Origin: Botryllus schlosseri
Taxonomy: Eukaryota
Assembly: GCA_051294905.1 (NCBI GenBank)
Contig: CM119371.1
Location: forward strand, 25,112,001 to 25,176,000
Length of the DNA: 64,000 nt
Direction: 5' to 3'
Numbering within the stretch: the first letter of the stretch is position 1; every line of letters begins with the position of its first letter. Both the position numbers and the translations under genes were made by a program. This document shows positions 51,201-62,943 of this stretch, one piece after another. The notes beneath the pieces are model-generated. The model was not told the DNA's origin, did no database searches, and saw nothing but the letters and a program-made list of their open reading frames with translations.

Positions 51201-54200
51201 TGGTCATTGGTCATTGTCCGTTATTTACCAAGATGCACCAGGCAATTTTATAACTGTAGTAGCGAATGACTACAACATTATCGAAATACCTAAGTAGATA
51301 TTGTCCGCTTTCCATATTTACACAATTGGATAAGTATTGAGCCACTTCGACTTATATACTGAACAGTATATTGGAAAATTACTTACCAATCGTACTTTGG
51401 ATTCAGAAATACACAAATCAGTCTTGGATTGAGTATGTGACACGTTTATGAGTGAAATTGTCGCAAGAAACGCATGAACGGACCAAAATATATGTTCATA
51501 GAAGTCACATATTTGTAATTTCATTGTTAATTTTCACCTAGTTGCGAAGATGCATCTTGCAATTTTAAATTTAGCCGCCTTCCATTAATTGCTAAAAGTA
51601 TGAAATCCTGCGATCATACCTACTTCTTCGAACCGGGCGTACTCACTGAATTGGTTTTCAACCTTTCATAGTCTACATCTGAGGCAGCGAACCCGAGATA
51701 AGGTTTTCGAGGGGCCAGCGAAGTAATTTTCGAAAATAGGTATATTACAAAAAATATAATTACCCTAGTAATTTATCATGAACTTGCAAGGCTAACCAAA
51801 AAGCTGAATAATCCGACGGCGAAATCTTGGATGTTGACGACTACAATATCAGTTCCGACGCATTTATTAGGTATGACCATAAATTACGATATTTCATGAC
51901 ATGTTTATTGGACTTGAAAATGTTCTTGGCACTTCGCGCGATTTCTTGCCTTTAGTATTGGCTTTTAAATATTGAAAATTAAAATATAAGCCCAATTTAC
52001 AGAAATGAGTTGAACTATATTATTCGCAATTATGAGAAAACGTGTCGTCCAACATACGACTTCGGGTCTGCACTCGCAGAAAGATCGTCGGCGACGAAAC
52101 CTTTTCCCGAAATGATAGCCGCATGTTCACCGAAATCTTAGACATTGATATCTCCAAGTGCCCAATTGGTATGTCCTTGCGAAATGAGACCCGCCGTATA
52201 CAAAGGAGACCCGCAATATATGCAATAAAATATATTATTGAGCGGATTCATTGTTTAACATTAAAAAAATTTCGCGCTCGGCGGAGCTAGGACTTTTCAT
52301 GACATCGCTGTTTATTGCTTTTTATGCGCAACAAGATCAGTCGTGCGTTCACCGTTACCTAATCCGGCCCAGTCCCATTTAGCGACTAATGAATGTTGAT
52401 CAACATTTAAGTGGCCCGCGCAATTATTTGTAAATCTCATGTAGCCTGCTCGCCGAAAAGGTTGGCTATGCCTGGTTTACATTCACTAGGAGTAGATGTA
52501 CGATGTGTTGAAAATCGCGACGTGTACATGTAATTACGGTAGAATTCACTGCATTACTTCTATTGCTACTCGGGTATCAACCAATGTTCCCTCTAATTTT
52601 TCACGCGTCTGCTCGCATTCACCAACTCACTGCGCGGTCGCTTAGACAACAGAGCGTAACGACTAAAAACAAAGGTCATTACTTTGAGTGGATTGTCGAA
52701 TTACCCACTATTCTCGTGAATTGTGTGGTTCGACTAAAAATAGGTCATCACTTTGACTCTCTTGCGTGCTGCTTAGATTTTATGTGCGCGCAGAGACCGC
52801 GTCATAATGCACAATTGCTTGCGCACGCGCGCAGCTTAGAGAGAACAGTGGTTTCAACGATGATTAATCCGAGTACCTCTTCATCTGCGATTCATTGGTG
52901 GTGGCCAATTGGGTATTTTATCAATTATAATTCACTTTGTATACAATTGGCGGGTATATTCCAAGACTATTTAACGGTCACAAAACATTTACTAGACAGA
53001 GTAGAGACGGGCAACATTTTTGATCAAACAGCACATACGGGTTTCCGAACAATTGCGCGGGTCACTTAAGTGTTTTGGCCTGTTATGTCGCTTGATATTG
53101 ACGAGCTAAAAAGGGTAACGGTCAGCGCATGAGTTATCGTGATACGAATCTAATCGTGGACATTTACGTTATGAAAAATCAGTGTACATTCATGTTATAG
53201 CCGCGCGAGGCACGAAAATACTTCAAAGTACAATTCGGGCAATGCTATTGGTACTTCCATAATTGCGGGTCAAATTTGCACCCCATTGCTCAAATCGCAA
53301 GGACAGAGGTGGCCTATTAGGCGCCCGTATATATTATTATATCATCTGAGGGCTACGTCAATGGGTTAGAGCCGATTTATGAGTCATCAAATTCTCAAAT
53401 CTCTCAGTCTTTCTATGGTCATTTTCAGTTGAAGTTTAAATTACGTCGATAAATAGTTCTGTTATTATTATACATTATCTCGACAATGACAGTGCGGGTC
53501 ACGGATTGACCACCCCTAACACGGAGAAACCAATATTCAAAAACACGTCAATTGTGTCAGCAGTCAGATAGTTCTCTATTGAACACTCATCATTTTATTA
53601 GGTCATAAATATGATGAAAATAGCGATAACAAAATTGACCGGCCATACAGGAACACTGATGATACCAGTTATCTATTCGAATAGGTTCAACGACACGTCG
53701 ATGTTCAAAACAAAAGTAAGTCAGACCGATAAGGACCGCATTCTCAACTGGTTCGGCTTAATGAACAACGGCACGAACCATTTGAACATGGACAGGTAAA
53801 AACAAACCTATTGACTGATGATTACGAATTCTAGGTCACGAAAGTCTTGTTTGATTTATACAGCAGCACGCAGTGGGCTAAACTAAGACGATTGCTCGCT
53901 CAACTCAGTTCCAGTCGGCCCATTACACCGACCTACGAATTCGGATACTACTCAAGCCACACAGTGTGTCTACCCACACTGTTTCCAGACCGACAAGACA
54001 CTTCATGGATGTACTCGTTTCTTTTTCTAATGATCAATTTCCTGGCATTTTTCATGATGATGGTCTGCTACATCGCTTTGTACAGGTTCGAAGATATGTT
54101 AGGAAATTAGACAAACTATTGGTGTTCATTCTGTACCAGTAAAACGTTTGGGAATTTTTCTGAAAGACAATTTACGGTCCGATAAAATCATGGAAATCCT

Positions 54201-55955
54201 CAACAATACTTAATCACAAGCTTATTAAAAATAATAAAGAATAGCTTCGACTAAGCTGCATGACTTGAGGGAGTTATTAAACCGATTGGACGGATTTTTC
54301 ATAAGATGGGTCATTGTCAGAAACTCACGAGAAAGTTAGCAACCTTGTGCATACAACTATTTTCATTTCATGTAGGCTATTTACAGAGTGTGAGGTCGAA
54401 CTCCACTAAACATGACATGTTCCGTTCTATTTTTGGCAACAACGACACCACATTCATTCTATTTATCGCAGAACAATCTCCGGTCCACGAGAATACAAAT
54501 GTGCTATTTTTAAAATGAGCCAGATATACCGTCATATTCTAACTGGAAAAATTGAACAGGAAGGCTAACAATAACAAAGCCTTGGAATCGGAAGCCGAAC
54601 GTGACAAAAGGAACAAACAAAGCGCTGCCATGCAACGCAAAGTCACCAGGATCCTCGTGTCCGATTTTCTCTGCTGGATGCCTGTCTGCGTCATGGGTTT
54701 CTTACAGATAGCAGGTGCCTATGATATGGGGCGCCAATGTAATCCATACACAAGACAGAATGGGTCTAATCAATCAACGACGCTACTCAGGTCGAAGTGG
54801 AAGAAATACCGTAAATTACTTCCCAAGAATAATAAAACGTATATATTTCAAATAAATGTCAAAGATTCATCAAGTAGAAGTATAAATGAAAGGTCTGAAA
54901 GTACTCAAGTAAGTATTTGCCTAAAGTAGTTTTGTCAGATGTATTCGTATATTTTTTGCTTTTGATTATGAGATGGAGCTAGTTTTGTAAGGGCTATACC
55001 TATACTCGCGACTAACTTAAATGACAATTGCGGCCTATTTCAGCGCGAGTGCTGAAATCAGTAATCGCTGGTATTCAGATAGAAGTAGAGTAACGTAGAT
55101 TTATATCCATGTACCAAAAGAAGTTGCGATTTATAAGTATCCTATGCCTGGATTTTCTTAGGAAACTGAAAGTGGAAGAAGCCCTAAATTATGTACCGAC
55201 TCAAGTACGTAGTGCAATTGGGCATAACGCACTCGGTTTCGTTGGAAAAATAGAAGTACTCCGTTAGAGACCATCTGTTTTTGTGACGATTTCACATGTA
55301 GACGAGATGCGAAGGTATGATAATAACATTAAACTTTTCAAAATTCAAATTATATAGTAAGTAAGTAAGTAGTCAATACTGTTCAAGTAGTGCGGCAAAG
55401 TAGGGTAAACTCATAGCCACCTGAGGAAGTAGTGCAAGCAAATTATAGTAGGACCCACTTCGAAAAAGCATAAATTGTTCGCTACTGACAACATCTGACG
55501 ATATATTACGATAATCGTACGCAAAATTTCGGATGCTACATTGAGTATGATCCGAACTGACTGTAGTAACACGGATTAAGGGTGGTAACTTGAGAACTAA
55601 ACATGAATATATCCCTGATAAGACTTGGTTTTCTTTTGCCATGTATCTTCCGGCAGGTCTTTTCCCCTCAGATAAGCAATTTTGAGATAATGTAGTGTTT
55701 TGCGTCGGGCATATTAAAACTTGCCAAATTTTCAGCCCGTAATATAAGTCATGTTATTAATAATTGTTTTATGTTTCAGGCGTTGATATTCCGAACGACG
55801 CGTACCTACCAACAGGCTTACTCATCCTTCCCATCAACAGCGCCCTCAACCCATTTCTCTACTCAAACCTTCCTGATATCATTTTAGCTCAAAAGAGCAA
55901 AATTGTGTCGCGGATTGCGGAATCATTGCGTAGTTCACGGGTCGGAGGTGAGTGA
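26188..55955 (+). CDS. Multi-exon LDL-receptor class A repeat rhodopsin-class GPCR (relaxin-receptor/GRL101-like 7TM, no LRRs found)
   Basis: Phase-compatible GT-AG exons. LDLa region: 26188-26278, 27142-27176, 27228-27287, 35838-35873, 37481-37639, 37706-37790, 38103-38149, 38261-38296. Tentative middle exons: 40000-40089, ~40219-40330, ~42280-42483, 44361-~44523. Last LDLa and 7TM: 45224-45322, 47217-47346, 47605-47753, 47817-47998, 50852-50977, 53685-53795, 53864-54085, 54560-54714, 55780-55955. Motifs: CTEKEFTCHDGSFCLHVELFCDGETKCRDGTDE, LSISDLL, WRTSSTCSILG, DFLCWMP, PINSALNPFLY. Start exon unresolved (candidate ATG at 25168). Confidence 0.85.
26529..27023. mobile_element. Palindromic (hairpin) MITE in a GPCR intron
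   Basis: TIR tagggctgttcaaaaat / atttttgaacagcccta; perfect TSD TTGTACAA; inverted symmetry runs nearly to the centre (~26840). Confidence 0.92.
29586..29779. mobile_element. Short MITE inside the transposase
   Basis: TIR caatgttccctctaa / ttggagggaacattg; perfect TSD CTGAAGAT; homolog at 52582-52850. Confidence 0.88.
30222..31060. mobile_element. hAT MITE inside the transposase (family of 20062)
   Basis: Degenerate TIR gtggttctcagcc / ggttgagaaccaccg; interior aligns with 20062-20760. Confidence 0.8.
32055..32976. mobile_element. hAT MITE inside the transposase, opposite orientation to 30222-31060
   Basis: TIR cagtggttctcaacc / ggttgagaaccactg; perfect TSD TGCTAAAC; removing it restores GIHLLN-EYEEI. 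Confidence 0.93.
34290..35265. mobile_element. hAT-type MITE with ggttcacg/gttcgcg subterminal repeats
   Basis: TIR tagggatggtgtgaac / gttcacaccatcccta; perfect TSD GTATGAGC. Confidence 0.92.
36058..37177. mobile_element. hAT MITE containing two SINE pieces in opposite orientations (~36540-36670 +, ~36715-36972 -)
   Basis: TIR caggggcgggcaac / gttgcccgcccctg; perfect TSD ATCTATGG. Confidence 0.9.
37481..38296 (+). CDS. GPCR exons: LDLa module 3 and degenerate module 4
   Basis: CFRCLKNSTTYIPISKLCDGAWDCPDLTDECLC, then FLRCKEPSISDRIDVNMEQVCSVN|ANCNFGDNVKHCQET|GYSAPYCVFPGQ; splice phases agree. Confidence 0.8.
44600..44862 (-). mobile_element. tRNA-derived SINE, slightly 5'-truncated
   Basis: (TTTG)n tail, B box ggactcgaacc, TSD actcagtttgt (44594-44604, 44861-44871). 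Confidence 0.88.
45224..55955 (+). CDS. GPCR exons: last LDLa module and seven TM helices
   Basis: FFNCDGVVGGKYIHGEA|ICDEHKDCASGIDECQPGC...VLVLVWIF|SIFAIIG (TM1) through PINSALNPFLY (TM7); nine exons join in frame without stops. Confidence 0.92.
51678..52474. mobile_element. hAT-type non-autonomous element (family of 61887-62729)
   Basis: Interior (ttggatgttgacgactacaatatcagttccgacgca ... cgtccaacatacgacttcg) aligns with 62030-62720; ends aggttggctatgcctg. Left end approximate. Confidence 0.6.
52582..52850. mobile_element. Short MITE (family of 29586-29779)
   Basis: TIR caatgttccctctaa / ttagagagaacagtg; TSD GTATCAAC/GTTTCAAC. Confidence 0.85.
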
Positions 55956-58685
55956 AAATGATTAGCGGAAGGTGGGTACAATAATAGATATAAAGGCGCA
56001 ATGGTACATCGTGAATATTTTTGGAAACGAAACAGGAAGAATATACATCGTTTCGATGATTTAGTAGTGTCATATCAACCGTAATCCTGATGTGGTTTGA
56101 TTTTGGCAGCGTCGCCGCCTTTGTGAGATAATGGCGATTTGCTAAATTTCGCTAACCTGCGTAAATTTATATCGCTACCTTTCTATCGTGTTTTAGGTGA
56201 GTATTATCTCCCTCGTTTGGTTTGCTTGAAATCACTACACAGCATATTCAGAGCAGTTATCGTCGCACTGTATGCTAGTTTAGGTGCAGGATTGTGATTT
56301 TAAAATTTTGGCGGCATTTTTGCACTTAAGAAGTGGTTGGGGCACATTGACACAATTACGTTGCGACACAATAGTTCATTGATATCCAATCCAAATCTGA
56401 GAAAATAGATAATAATTAGTAGAGGAGTGCCCAGAGGCAGAATCGTCACCAAAAAAACATCTCTGGAACTGTCACGCAATAAATTTAAGACATTAAGCTA
56501 ATTTCCCCCCGTTATAATCAATGTGGACTGATAAGATGGCAACTAATGAGTTTCATTTCGATTCCAAACTTCGGGATGTAAACTAAATCTAGTCTAGGAC
56601 GCCTGCTGACCCATCATTTTCTTCAACAGATCTCAGTTTCTTGTTAACTGATGCGCTGGTAATTTTTTTAATATATTGTCCCGTTTTCCCCATCGCTTAT
56701 GCCATTGTACCTCGCTTATGGAGAACAATGGAAATAGAAAGGTCGGTTTTTCAATTGGATGTGCTTTCGCAATTTCTTCGTATCTTCAAATTCCTTTCTT
56801 GGAAATATGGGTTGTATGTTAATTTATCGGACCTGGCGTTTCTGGATTTGTAATATTATTAAGACCAAAAATTTGATTTTTGGCCCATTGTGCCCCTTGT
56901 TCCTACACTTAATGCTGAATACTTAACTTAACAATGACTCGACTATTAATCTTATTCCAAGTGATGTAACCTACTGTTTTAAGAGTCAGCGGTAAACACA
57001 CTTCCTACACGGGACGGAAGGATACAGACGATTAGTATCGGAAAGAACAGAGAATAAGTAATTTCGGAAATGAAAACCTGAACGAGTACACTGGAACGAC
57101 AAAAATAGATCTTGTGAATTGTATCAGATTTCGTTTGAGATATTTTACTTGGTAATAGTATTGACATTATGTGATAGATTTATTTAAACTTGATTTAAAT
57201 TGAGTCTGCGTAATTGATATTGTCATATGTGTTTTAAAAATGTCATCTGCCGCCTATCGTTGTTGTTGCACTCTAATTTCTTGCTTTATTATAGCTCGAA
57301 GGATCATAATTTTATTTTCGTTTCGTGTTTGCGTTCGTTCTTTTCATGCACTCTTTTTACCCCGTTCATGGATATCAACTTGGTGTTTCGGTGATATGTC
57401 TAATATTTTACATCATTTACGAAGGTTTGGAGTCGCAACTGTCTGAATGCTGATTGCTTTATAGGACGAATTCGACCGACATTGAAAATTTCGAGGCAGG
57501 CGTGGCTTTGCGTTCCTTCCGAATGTTGTGTAAATGACTGCATATAGAATTGTTTATATTCTAATTGAGTATGGGCATCAAAATGGAATGAGACATGTGT
57601 CGGAGATGTGTGAGGAGTAATATTACTCCTTCTTCTGTTCCTCTTCCCTCCTCCTCCACGAGACATACAGAAAAAGGCTCAAGCGTAAATGAAGTTTTTG
57701 TCATAGGTTGTTGACAGTTAATTTGTCGGTACTGCGAATGGAAATCCTCAATACGAGATCTCGATTTGCTTACAATGCAGATTTCGAATAAAACAATAAG
57801 CACTTCAGTGTCGATGCCGACCGGACCGCATTTTTGATGCACAAACGACTGAGTTAATATTGTTTTTATTGCTACTAGTTTTTTGTCGAATTTTCTACAC
57901 AAGTCAATTATTCCGTGATATTGTCATTTAATTGTCAGCACAACGAATAAAATATTTTATTCGAAACATAGCCATATAGGATCCGAGTAAATTAATCGAA
58001 AAAATGAGTCCTCTAAAAAAACGGTGTTTATTTGTATATTACAAGCCGCGAATCTCAAAAATATATCTTTTAACAATATAAGTTATGCACAATACGATAT
58101 ATAAATATTGAGAATAGGTCCATCCGGGAAATCGTTTTGCAGCAGTCGGCCTCCCACACCAGAGTAAAAATAACTCATGCTCAGTTAAAGTTCTAACGAT
58201 ATCGCGAAATTCATAGGTCGTCAGCCTATCAAAAAACCAACACCAACAAACCAAAACGTGACATCATTTGGCGAGTCAGGAATACCGTGCAACACAATGC
58301 ATCGATTTCGCATCGAATATATAAGAAAATCATGCTACGCTACGTGTTTGTAATAACGTAAAACCTGGCTAGTGATGTACAACAGGCATTGGCTGTTTTA
58401 CGGCAGATAATCGCTTTAGCATTCAAATTATATTCACGCGAGCAAAACTATTAGAATGAACGTGATTTCTCATACTGCTATTCACATGGACATCGAGTTA
58501 TATATGAGGGAAAAGAACTCTCAAACTGTATGGATTACTGTGAGTAAATCTCGTTTGAACATTCATTATAAAACAGATTTATTTAAATGAACTATCCGAA
58601 TCACGGTTCTGAGCCTGGGAGTCGACTTAATCGACAAACGTTCATTACATATAGTCGTCTAGTATATTGAAGTCTATCATTCTTT

Positions 58686-60959
58686 TCATAATCTTGTGCG
58701 AATCTTCAGCTCTGTGTATTTGAGGCTATTGGTGGTACCTTCGTGAAACCACCAAATTCCTTTCGGGCCCGTTTTGCTGAAGTTTCCATTGAGATTTACG
58801 GGGCCGCAGTCGGTATACCACCAGCCTCCTTCGAGGTGAGAGGCGCAATTCAGTGACTGATGATCATCGTTATCCTTGTCTTTCGTTGTAAATTTTCGAT
58901 TGTTATTATAAGAGAGACGATCGCTTGTGTTTCCGGAGTATCCGGATACGGTCAGCGTATAGTTGTCAGAACCGGGCCCGACTTGGAAATTGCTGGGAAA
59001 TAAGAATCTTCGATAATAGCATTTATGACTGCAAGAAAATTCTGTCGTCAACTAGGGCTGGGATGCCTTGAGATGTTGAGACTACTCAAATGTGAGATCA
59101 CATCTTAGCGACATTTTCTCACGGATAGACTGTTTTGTTGGTGCGAATTTTGCAATGCGTTTTCATTTCTCTGTATTTGATAATATCATAAAGACTAAGA
59201 ACGTATTCTAATTCCTGCTGATGGGACGCGGAATGTTTTCAAAATAGAATGTGGGTAAGAGGACCACTGCATCAATCTTACCTGTATCTGGCCACTGAAT
59301 AAATTCCTGTATCTTTTTCGATCACGTTAACTTCCAATTCCACATTTCCTTCCTTTGTCCTTTCATGTAATTTCTCAAGTCCTAGAGACAAACGTCGCGA
59401 AAATATGAAAATCGTGAATTTTGAATCCATCTACTTCCCAGAATCTGCTTCATTACCCAGGTTATAACCAAACTGTCATCGGCAAATTCCTACAACCTTG
59501 TGGAATCGAAACAAAACCTTCCTACCTTGCCAGAAATCCCCTCGACAACTCCCAAATCATTTCACGTAATCATCCCATCCACGGTAGAAATCCACATCTC
59601 CATTCATTCTTCGCTGGAAAACCTGTAACGGTATTCAACAAAAGAAATCTGATGATTTCTGTCTGAGTGCGTTCAAGGCTGTGACGGTTACAACGTTATT
59701 TAGACTAGGGGTGTCGAACATATGTTTGGTTGGCCGCATCCGGTCCGCGAAGCAATTCCCAATAGATTGAAAAATGCTTGTATTATCCAGCGCATTTTTA
59801 ACAAATTATGGAATTTTTAGTAAGATTTACTTCAAATAAATAATATCTTGTGACAGCAAATGTAGATATTATTCATAGGCCACATTATACCCAGCCGATT
59901 GCGGTGTTGTTGTTTCTCTCTATTTAGGAACAATTCGCTAACATTGTCACTCAATTCCGAGATAAAGACAAAAAGTTGATACAGAGTTCAGAGTTTTCTG
60001 GCAAAATGGACCCACAACTAGTTAAGTTAGTCTGCAGGATAGAATTAAAGAGTTACACAGATATATAAGTCAAACGTCTGTGACTGCACTGTTATATCAC
60101 TTCTAACTCAAAAGGTCCCGGCCTCGAGAAAAATCCAAGTCGCGATTTCATATTAATGAAGCGAATTCCAACTTCCACGTTTGCAGTTGAATTTATTGTG
60201 TTCCACACAACGCAGCGGGCTGGCGCCAGTATAGCCTAAAACAAAGGGATCGTTGAATATGACAACTTTTATCATGGTTAAGGCCACTGTTTTAGGGGTT
60301 AGCTACTGTATTCAACCGCCCAGTTATCGTATGATTGCTAGTTTCATTCTTTACAAATAACGATGTAACCACTATGATCTGTAATAATAATGTAATAAAC
60401 TGTTTTGTATATTGGCTTGATAATATAGGTATTCAAATAAAAATCAATGGCATGGAATTTGAGGTAATATTTCTTATTCATTGGAGTGGTGCAGTCGGCG
60501 AGCGATCAGTTTCAATCCGGCACGCGGCGCAAGTTGAGTTCGACACCTCTGATTTGGACCTTTTGTAAATCTGCAAGCTAGTTGCTATCAGCGCAGTAAA
60601 CGCTCCACGTCTGAAAGATTTCGATTTCGACTTACAGTTCATTCCTTATCAGCTACACATTTCTTCTCATCCACTGCCCTGAGCTGAGTTTCCTTCTGCA
60701 TCACCGATATCCTTTCCGGAACCTTCATGAAAGCTACACAAAAGAAAAGGTTCAGTGACGACATAAAACTGCTACTTTACCAACCTCACAATCCCCCTGT
60801 GAAATCCATTTCCCATTTATGTATTGCCTCAGGCAAACTGCCGCTGCAATGGAGAAAGTGGAATCCGATTCATATTCGAACACAATTTAATCGTACCTGA
60901 AGAACGCGGGTATATCAAAACGAATCCAAACACAAAAATATCCAAATCTTGAACGGCAT
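58686..60959 (-). pseudogene. Secreted fibrinogen-related domain (FReD; ficolin/tenascin/angiopoietin-like C-terminal domain) gene with inactivating lesions
   Basis: Exons 60959-60897, 60843-60781, 60733-60636, 59622-59526, 59381-59282, 58992-58686. Motifs VFQRRMNGDVDFYRGWDDY, DFWQGLEKLH, FTTKDKDND, NCASHLEGGWWY..C...NLNG. TGA at 60639-60641 and 59557-59559; 1-nt frameshift in exon 1. Confidence 0.88.
59706..60551. mobile_element. hAT MITE in a FReD intron
   Basis: TIR taggggtgtcgaac / gttcgacacctctg; TSD ATTTAGAC/ATTTGGAC. Confidence 0.8.
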
Positions 60960-61500
60960 TCCAGAAGCAATTTGGTATTGAATATCAGCAACCGCGCCGT
61001 TGCGTATACTGCTCGACTCAATAAATAGATAGTGGTGGATAGAAGAACATGCGCGAAAATATAGCTACTAAGCCACAAGCGCAAATGCTTTTCTAGATTA
61101 TGTGTCCATCAATTTATTTCGAATTTCATTTTTCTACACAAACATCTATTGCAATGCGTTTGCAACGACGATATGCTACACTACGGTGCTGAATATAATA
61201 TTGGGGAAGTCAGATCATTGATTGTTATGAAATACGTGGAATCGCGTTTGCAAGTAAACTCAATCTATGAAGTAATATACCTGACATTTTAACCTAACCT
61301 AAACAAAACATTGCACCACAACCACCACACAACCAAAAACAATCAATATAAGCAATTGGATGACATGACGTGACCTTCTGATGATACTGGTTTACTGCTT
61401 GGCTATTATCAACCCCTTTCCAGGAAGTGAACCAGGAAGCTCACTTGATGAAACTCAGTACCATTAAATTACGTGAAAATGTATAAACAAAAGTTTAGAT

Positions 61501-62943
61501 CAGTGGTTCCTAATATTTCTGACCTCGTGGACCGGTAAAGCTTCAAAACAAGTGTTGCGGCCTTGTGAACCTTCAAAATCAAATTATTGAAAAATATAAT
61601 TGTATGTGGTTCGACTGAAGTTTCCACAACGCAAAGCTCGCAAAGTTCTGATAAAGACCACTAAACTGATTGTGACCGTTCGCTATCCTTCGAAAGAAGT
61701 GCGACGTTGCTATCTGCTATAGCCTCTGTTATCCTGTCAAGTTTCGCTTGATTGCACGGTAGTAATTTAACGAAGTTCGCACAAAATTATGCGTAGCTTT
61801 CACATATAACTTGTCCGAAACGAGCTGTGTGCTACTATTAAACAGTTTCGTAAAACAATCGCACCTCCGTGACGTACACCCTAAGTCAAGGGCGGCCAAC
61901 CACGAGTAGCTTTTGAGTGGCCCGCGCGGTTATTCTCGAATTTTTTATATTGTTAAAAAATAATTATTCAAGTTATTTATTATGAACTTTCAAGGCCCAC
62001 CAGTAATTCCATTATGGTGACAACGAAATTTGGGATGTTGATGACTAAAATATCAGTTCTGACGCATTGACGTAGCAAGGCGCCATCCACATTTTTTTGT
62101 AAATCTTCGTTTATGACCATAAAAGTAGAACATTTCTTGGCGGACATATTGGACTTGAAATTTTTCTCAGCACTGCGCGTGATTTATTTCCGCTTGATTT
62201 CTTGCATTCAGTGCTGGTACCCCTCATGAAATTTAAAATACGTTTAATCTGCAAAAATGAGTCTGACTATATTCGCATTTATGAAAGAGCACGTCGTCCA
62301 ACACGCAACTTCGCGTCTGTACTCGCAGCAAGATCGAAGGCGATGAAACAAATGCACAAAATTATAGATGCATGTTCACCGAAATCTTCGATATTGATAT
62401 GTCCATTGTCAATATCCAAGCGACGAATAATTCTGTCCTTGCCAAATGAGCCCAGCGATATACAGAGGTGGCCCGAAGTATATGCAAGTAACAATATAAT
62501 TGAATGAATTCATTCATGAACTTTCAAAAATGTCCGCGCCTTGCGCGACTAGGTGTCTTCATTACATAATTGTTATCCATTTTGATGCGTATTAAGATAA
62601 ATCTTGTTGTCACAATTACCTAATCCGGCTCACTCATGTCGGACGACTAAAAATGGACGTCAACACTGGCCCGTGCAATGGCTCGTAAATCTAATGTGAT
62701 CCTTTGGTCGAAACGGTTGGCCACCCCGGCCCTAAGAAGACCTCAACTCTCTATTACGACACTATGCCCAGCAATAAGTTCCAGATCTATAAATAAATTT
62801 TTTTAAAAACACAATTATGTTGCATTTCTCTAAATAATGGAAAAGAGTCCAAGTTGTTGCATTTTGAAAGTGAGATATAAAATTGTAGTATATTTAGCGG
62901 ACCCACAGGAAACTTGCCACGGACCGGCGGTTGGGAACCACTA
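61501..62943. mobile_element. hAT MITE with a nested element
   Basis: TIR cagtggttcctaa / ttgggaaccacta; degenerate TSD GTTTAGAT/CTTTAGGT. Confidence 0.7.
61887..62729. mobile_element. Nested hAT-type element
   Basis: TIR caagggcggccaacc / ggttggccaccccgg; TSD CCCTAAGT/CCCTAAGA. Confidence 0.75.

Noticed and set aside
52563..53069. 168-aa ORF, the longest in the track
   Set aside because: Spans a MITE (52582-52850) inside a GPCR intron, has a non-ATG start and no recognisable domain.
53602..53684. Alternative acceptors at 53601 and 53834 for ECL2 exons
   Set aside because: In the required phase both lead to early stops; acceptors at 53684 and 53863 keep the frame.
59557..60641. Selenocysteine or TGA=Trp recoding in the FReD gene
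   Set aside because: The two TGAs replace different residues (Trp and Gly), neither a Cys. TGG is used for Trp elsewhere in the gene and a frameshift also exists, so decay is simpler.
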